A DNA stretch of 64,000 nucleotides from Eledone cirrhosa (taxonomy: Eukaryota), in NCBI GenBank assembly GCA_964016885.1, contig OZ024752.1, forward strand, positions 31,744,001 to 31,808,000, given 5' to 3'. Below the pieces are notes generated by a model. That model was given only the letters and a program-made list of their open reading frames with translations. It made no database searches and was not told the DNA's origin. The position numbers and the translations under genes are program-made. Numbering within the stretch: the first letter of the stretch is position 1; each line of letters opens with the position of its first letter. This document shows, one piece after another, positions 57,185 through 64,000 of this stretch.

Positions 57185-58408
57185 TGCTTGTAGTTCAAAT
57201 GAGGCCCGAAAGGATCGCCCAGATCCCTGAACGCGTCATACTGGATGATCAAAACTTTCATCAACATTACCGTTGAGAGTAGGCGCCCCTCGTGTTACCT
57301 CTGTGGAACCAGAGGTCACCTGAGGGCTTTCTGTCCTCAACTTAATAAGAAAACACCAATCCTGCCTACACCACCAACAACTGCACAACCAACACAACCA
57401 CCACAACCACCACTACAAAAACAACAACCACAGCTCAAACCAAAACAAAACAATGTCCAACCCATCCCCACCCACTCAAAAAAAAATTATTTCCCAAAAC
57501 ACCCGCACCGCAAACACAACCCGAAAATATACCCCTCCCCTCCAACGCGGAAGATGACCCTCGTTCGTTGTCAGACGACGAGGAGCACTTCCACACAATC
57601 AAAAGAAAAAAAAGAAAACACACCTCAGACACACAAATGAAAACAACCCCTCCCCAAAACATAACACTGACACCAACACAAAAGAGCACACAACAACAGC
57701 AAACAAAAAACACCACACAAAAACAAAAACATGCATACACATACATAAACACAAGAAACAAAAAACTGTTAAACATTGTGTACAACAACAATTTAATAAA
57801 AACCCAAGGGCCTAACTTCACCCAGGCAGGGGATTTCCTCCACCTCAAAATGATTAAGGCCCCAAAGGACACTTATAAAACTCTAAAAGACAACTTTAAA
57901 GATCACGTGGGCACGCCCCCCCCCCCCCTGCGTCGGGCCCATTAACCGCGTCCTCCTAAAAAACTACCCCACGCCCTCCCCAAACACCCACACAACTCCA
58001 AACACCCCAACCGCACAACACACTGATGCCCCTACATTTCCACAAACCACAACCCCACCCAACAACCCATCCCCCACCCTCATGGAAAGTGTGCAGCCCG
58101 ATACCCGGGACGCAGAGAGGTAAGTGCCTTTTCTCTTCACCACCAACATGGCTATGCTAAGAGTAGGCTGTTTAAATGCGCGTGGCCTGGGCTCAACTTG
58201 GAAGCAAGCAATGCTTCTAAATGACCTCAGGTCACAACGTATAGATGTGATGGTTATTTTCGAGGCCCGGATCAGCAACGTGCGACAGCTGGCCCCACCT
58301 TTGATGACTTTGAGATGCACGTATCTCTCTGTCAGCCCGGAGGTGGGGGTGGGAAATAATGGTGCCTGGCTCAAGGAGAGCACGCGCCGCCAAGAATCGA
58401 ACTCATAA
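57185..58408 (+). pseudogene. Tx1/L1-like LINE remnant: ORF1 zinc knuckle plus start of the ORF2 APE endonuclease
   Basis: CYLCGTRGHLRAFC (CX2CX4HX4C), then MLRVGCLNARGL....KQAMLLNDLRSQRIDVMVIFEARI. Confidence 0.8.
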
Positions 58409-58609
58409 GAGCTCATAAGAGTTCGTGAGATGTGTCTGAGTGTGCGTGTGTGTGTGTTCATGAAACTTTTGTATATGGGGGGGGGGGCAAAAATCGCGAT
58501 ACATTAAAAAAATAATCATGTTTTATAAGAAACAATTTATTCAAAATAAATAAATATAGAAACTTTAAAATGTCCTATGTTTTGCGACTTTTGGGCCACT
58601 CTCTATATA

Positions 58610-58800
58610 TAATTGTTTCTACTTTTGGCATCAGGCCAGCAATTATCCCAGTGCATTACTGGTACTTTATTTTATCGACCCCGTAAGGATGAAAGGCAAA
58701 GTTAACCTCGGCGGGATTTGAACTCAGATCATAAAAGGAGGTAACTCTATGCTTCAAAGCATGGCGCCCGACCCTCTACCGATACTGCCAATCCACCGCC
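58610..58800 (-). mobile_element. SINE family A (partial copies also at 37607-37701 and 52740-52812)
   Basis: Matches the family consensus. Confidence 0.85.
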
Positions 58801-59015
58801 CTATATATATAATAAACGAAAACAACACAGCTACACTGAAGACATATATTAGTTTAACGCTTGATATAGTAGGAAAAGAGTCTTTATATTTCGGACCACT
58901 AGTCCTTCATCAGAGGATAGAATGAGAAATATGAAATGAAATGGAATGATAGAGAGTGGGAAGAAGGAGGAACGGAAAAAAAAGTTTTTTGAGAAAAAAC
59001 ACGTGCCTATTCAGT

Positions 59016-59110
<95 letters not shown>

Positions 59111-59214
59111 GGAAAAGTGTCAGGACCCCGACGGCTGAGCTCCGGCCGTTTCGACAACTAGATCCGAACTCTGGTGCGTTATGGTCCACCTGGCTCCTTA
59201 CCACACATCCTTCG

Positions 59215-59261
<47 letters not shown>

Positions 59262-59268
59262 AACGCAG

Positions 59269-59326
<58 letters not shown>

Positions 59327-59536
59327 TGCTCCTTCACCAGTCTGAGTATCAGATCGATGTTGGAGTCCATAGCGTCCATAGATGATCCTCTGCTAAACAC
59401 GCATATGTCGATATTCAATATAATCATAGATACATCTAAAGGAAACTTCATCATTTTTCTTATTATACGCACTCTACCCTGTACCCCCCTCCCCCACCCA
59501 CTTCGGTAATTCACTGAATCACCTATATATATATAA

Positions 59537-59604
<68 letters not shown>

Positions 59605-59734
59605 GCACACACCCACACACACATACACACACACACACACCCACACGCACATACACACTCTCAAGAGTGACCCTAATATGCTAACACTTTGTACTGCACT
59701 CTTCGCTATTGTTTTTGTTTTCTTCTTTTAACTA

Positions 59735-60276
59735 TCTCCTTATAATACATAACCAGCAATTTCTCTGTCTGTCTGTCTGTCCGACAGTGGAAACACGTGC
59801 GCGCGTGCGAATGTTTTTTGCGCACGCGTAGAGAGAGAGAGTGAAAGTGAAAGAAAGAGACAGACTACGAGAGGGGGATAGCGGGAGGGAGAGAGGGAGA
59901 GAGAGAGAGAGAGTGAATAGACGCTAAAACACGTGCGCGCGTGCGAATGTTTTTTGCGCACGCGTAGAGAGAGAGTGAGAGTGAAAGAAAGAGACAGACT
60001 ACAAGAGTGGGATAGCGGGAGGGAGAGAGGGGGGAATTGAGGAGTGCTACAGAAACATATATACATTTCTGTGTGTGTGTAATATATATATATATATACA
60101 CACACAGAAATATATATATATATACACACAGAAATATATATGCATTTCTGTGTGTGTAATATATATATATATATACACACAGAAATATATATACATTTCT
60201 GTGTGTGTAATATATATATATATATATATACTAGATTTGCTAGCAGAAAACCGCCCACTGGGTGGTTTTCTGCTAG
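59735..60276 (+). mobile_element. Non-autonomous Helitron-like element
   Basis: a|TCtccttataata..(tctg)n ... hairpin ccgcccactgggtgg then ttttctgCTAG. Confidence 0.65.
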
Positions 60277-61165
60277 TCTATATATATAAAACTGAGGATG
60301 TCTGTCTGTGTGTGTGTGAGTTAGAATCCCTAAAACTCGAGAACCACCCAACCGACTGTTTTCAAACTTTACACATGTAATACTTATGATTCAGGGTGTG
60401 TTTTGAGCAAAGAACATTTCAAATTTTCAATGCCCTAGGGACCGCATTAGGCGATTTAGCGATCTCTCTCTATAATTATTAGTCTTTCTCTTTTTAGGTA
60501 AATACATACATATAACGTCGCGCCCTTATAATATCTGTCTGTATGTATGGCTGTCTGTATACGTCACTTCTCTGAGGATGTCTGTCTGTGTGTGTGCCTG
60601 CGAGTTTGAATCCCTAAAACTCGAGAAGTACCCAACCGACATTTTTCAAACTTTACATGTGTATTACTTATGTTTCAGGGAGTGTTATGCACATAAAAAA
60701 ATTAGGTGAATAATCTATTAGGTGAATAACTGCGATTGTTCAGCTTTTTATGGGTTTTTTGAGGCGTTACGCCAGACCGATTTCCTTGAAATTGTAACTA
60801 TATATTAGTCAGTCTCTTCTTCATACCGTGAGCAAAGGAAATCCAACTTTTTTATAGCCTAGGTGAAATTAGGTGAAAAACTTCATTTTTTTCCAGCTTT
60901 TTAGGGCCTTTTTGAGGCGTTAAGTCTAGTCGATTTTCCCGAAATTTCAAGGCATATTATGCACATCCCCTAGGGCTTGCATTAGGCGAAAACTTGCATT
61001 TTTTCTGCTTCAACGAGTAAAATCTTAAAGATTATCCTGCCATCAGAGTATTCGGTTTATTTTCTTTATATATTGTCCAGGCATGCAGTTTTTCCACGAT
61101 TAGGTATGTTGGCGGCCCGCGTTCCAAAATACCTTATCCTGTGCAACGCCGGGTACCACTGCTAG
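60277..61165 (+). mobile_element. Non-autonomous Helitron (Lep1-like)
   Basis: TCtatatatataaaactgaggatgtctgtctg ... gcaacgccgggtaccactgCTAG|t, with an internal duplication of the 5' block at about 60572. Confidence 0.78.
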
Positions 61166-61236
61166 TAATATATATATATATATATATATATATAATCACA
61201 CACACACAAACACACAGTAGTAATAGTAGTAGTAGC

Positions 61237-61276
<40 letters not shown>

Positions 61277-61386
61277 TGGTGGTGGTGGTGGTGGTGGTGG
61301 TGGTGGTAGTCGTGGTGGTGGAAGTAGTAGTGGTGGTGGTGGTGGTGGTGGTAGTAGTAGTGGTGGTGGTGGTGGCGGTGGTGTTG

Positions 61387-61418
<32 letters not shown>

Positions 61419-61549
61419 TGTAGTAGTAGTAGTACAGGTTTAAGTCTAAGCAAAGAATCGCTGCATTTTTCGAATTTTGATTCTTCATAATTATTACTAT
61501 ATACATGTGTGTATGTGTGTGTATTGGTTTCTGTGTGTAAACATATATA

Positions 61550-61639
<90 letters not shown>

Positions 61640-61754
61640 TATTGGTGAAACTGTTATTGTGTGTACAAATGAATATGTGTTTACCAGATATTAGCTGTAT
61701 CCATGACAAACGCTTGCGCTGTTTACCTGTGGCGAACTAAAACGTATGGTCACT

Positions 61755-61940
61755 GGTGTTACTGTATCAGTACAGGTAAATGTCTGTATACAGGTGTGTC
61801 ACATGTGTGTGTGTATGGGGGAGGGGTGTTACTGTATCAGTACAGGTAAATGTGTGTATACAGGTGTGTCACATGTGTGTGTGTATGGGGGAGGGGTGTT
61901 GCTGTATCAGTACAGGTAAATGTGTGTATACAGGTGTGTC

Positions 61941-61975
<35 letters not shown>

Positions 61976-64000
61976 GCTGTATCAGTACAGGTAAATGTGT
62001 GTATACAGGTGTGTCACACGTGTGTGTGTATGTGTGTGTGTATGGAGGGTGTTGCTGTATCAGTACAGGTAAATGTGTGTATACAGGTGTGTCACATGTG
62101 TGTGTGTGTATGTGTGTGTATGGGGGGGGGTTGCTGTATCAGTACAGGTAAATGTGTGTATACAGGTGTGTCCCATGTGTGTGTGTGTATGGGGGGGTGT
62201 ATGGGGGGGGTGCTGTATCAGTACAGATAAATGTGTGTATACAGGTGTGTCACATGTGTGTGTGTATGTGTGTGTATGGGGGGGGGGTTGGAGGGGTGCT
62301 GTATCAGTACAGGTAAATGTGTGTATACAGGTGTGTCCCATGTGTGTGTGTGTATGGGGGGGTGTATGGGGGGGGGTGCTGTATCAGTACAGATAAATGT
62401 GTGTATACAGGTGTGTCACATGTGTGTGTGTATGTGTGTGTATGGGGGGGGGGTTGGAGGGGTGCTGTATCAGTACAGGTAAATGTGTGTATGCAGGTGT
62501 GTCACATGTGTGTGTGTGTGTTGGGGGGTGCTGTATCAGTACAGGTAAATGTGTGTATGCAGGTGTGTCACATGTGTGTGTGTGTGTGTGTTGGGGGTGT
62601 GTTGTATCAGTACAGGTAAATGTGTGTATGCAGGTGTGTCACATGTGTGTGTGTGTTGCTGTATCAGTACAGGTAAATGTGTGTATACAGGTGTGTCACA
62701 TGTGTGTGTGTATGTGTGTGTGTATCGGTGGGTGTTACTGTATCAGTACAGGTAAATGTGTGTATGCAGGTGTGACACATGTGTGTGTGTGTATGTGTGT
62801 GTGTGTTGCTGTATTAGTACAGGTAAATATATGTATACAGGTGTTTCATAGCTATGTATGTGTTGCTATATTAATACAGGTAAATATATGTATACAGGTG
62901 TTTCATAGCTATGTATGTGTTGCTATATTAATACAGGTAAATATATGTATACAGGTGTTTCATAGCTATGTATGTGTTGCTATATTAATACAGGTAAATA
63001 TATGTATACAGGTGTTTCATAGCTATGTATGTGTTGCTCTATTAATACAGGTAAATATATGTATACAGGTGTTTCATAGCTATGTATGTGTTGCTCTATT
63101 AATACAGGTAAATATATGTATACAGGTGTTTCATAGCTATGTAAGAGTTGCTATATTAATACAGGTAAATATATGTATACAGGTGTTTCATAGCTATGTA
63201 TGTGTTGCTATATTAATACAGGTAAATATGAGTATACAGGTGTTTCATAGCTATGTATGTGTTGCTATATTAATACAGGTAAATATATGTATACAGGTGT
63301 TTCATAGCTATGTATGTGTTGCTATATTAATACAGGTAAATATATGTATACAGGTGTTTCATAGCTATGTATGTGTTGCTATATTAATACAGGTAAATAT
63401 ATGTATACAGGTGTTTCATAGCTATGTATGTGTTGCTATATTAATACAGGTAAATATGAGTATACAGGTGTTTCATAGCTATGTATGTGTTGCTATATTA
63501 ATACAGGTAAATATATGTATACAGGTGTTTCATAGCTATGTATGTGTTGCTATATTACTACAGGTAAATATATGTATACAGGTGTTTCATAGCTATGTAT
63601 GTGTTACTATATTAATACAGGTAAATATATGTATACAGGTGTTTCATAGCTATGTATGTGTTGCTATATTACTACAGGTAAATATATGTATACAGGTGTT
63701 TCATAGCTATGTATGTGTTGCTATATTAATACAGGTAAATATATGTATACAGGTGTTTCATAGCGATGTATGTGTTGGTATATTAATACAGGTAAATATA
63801 TGTATACAGGTGTTTCATAGCTATGTATGTGCTGCTACATTAATACAGGTAAATATATGTATACAGGTGTTTCAGAGCTATGTATGTGTTGCTATATTAA
63901 TACAGGTAAATATATGTATACAGGTGTTTCATAGCTATGTATGTTCTGCTACATTAATACAGGTAAATATATGTATACAGGTGTTTCATAGCTATAAATA
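61755..64000. repeat. Minisatellite: variable-length units (61755-62820) grading into homogeneous 57-bp units (62821 to window end)
   Basis: aggtaaatat recurs at 62821+57n up to 63961; shared core tacaggtaaat.t.tgtatacaggtgt. Confidence 0.95.

Overview
AT-rich, repeat-saturated eukaryotic DNA, most likely from an octopod cephalopod (inferred from the tRNA-derived SINE families and microsatellite load). No host protein-coding gene is recognisable, and nearly all ORFs in the track are microsatellite translations. The key feature is a near-perfect 310-bp tandem array (6892-11215: about 13 direct units plus one inverted partial unit, embedded in (TA)n). Every unit carries a minimal type I hammerhead ribozyme in a highly base-paired monomer, which makes it a retrozyme-like circular-RNA element. 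At least six other short hammerhead-bearing families occur in (TA)n tracts, often as fold-back palindromes, together with a Penelope-type GIY-YIG remnant. The rest consists of two abundant SINE families, non-autonomous Helitrons, a hAT MITE, decayed Tx1/L1, CRE-like, R4-like and RTE fragments, and several minisatellites. All calls are by eye, without database searches.
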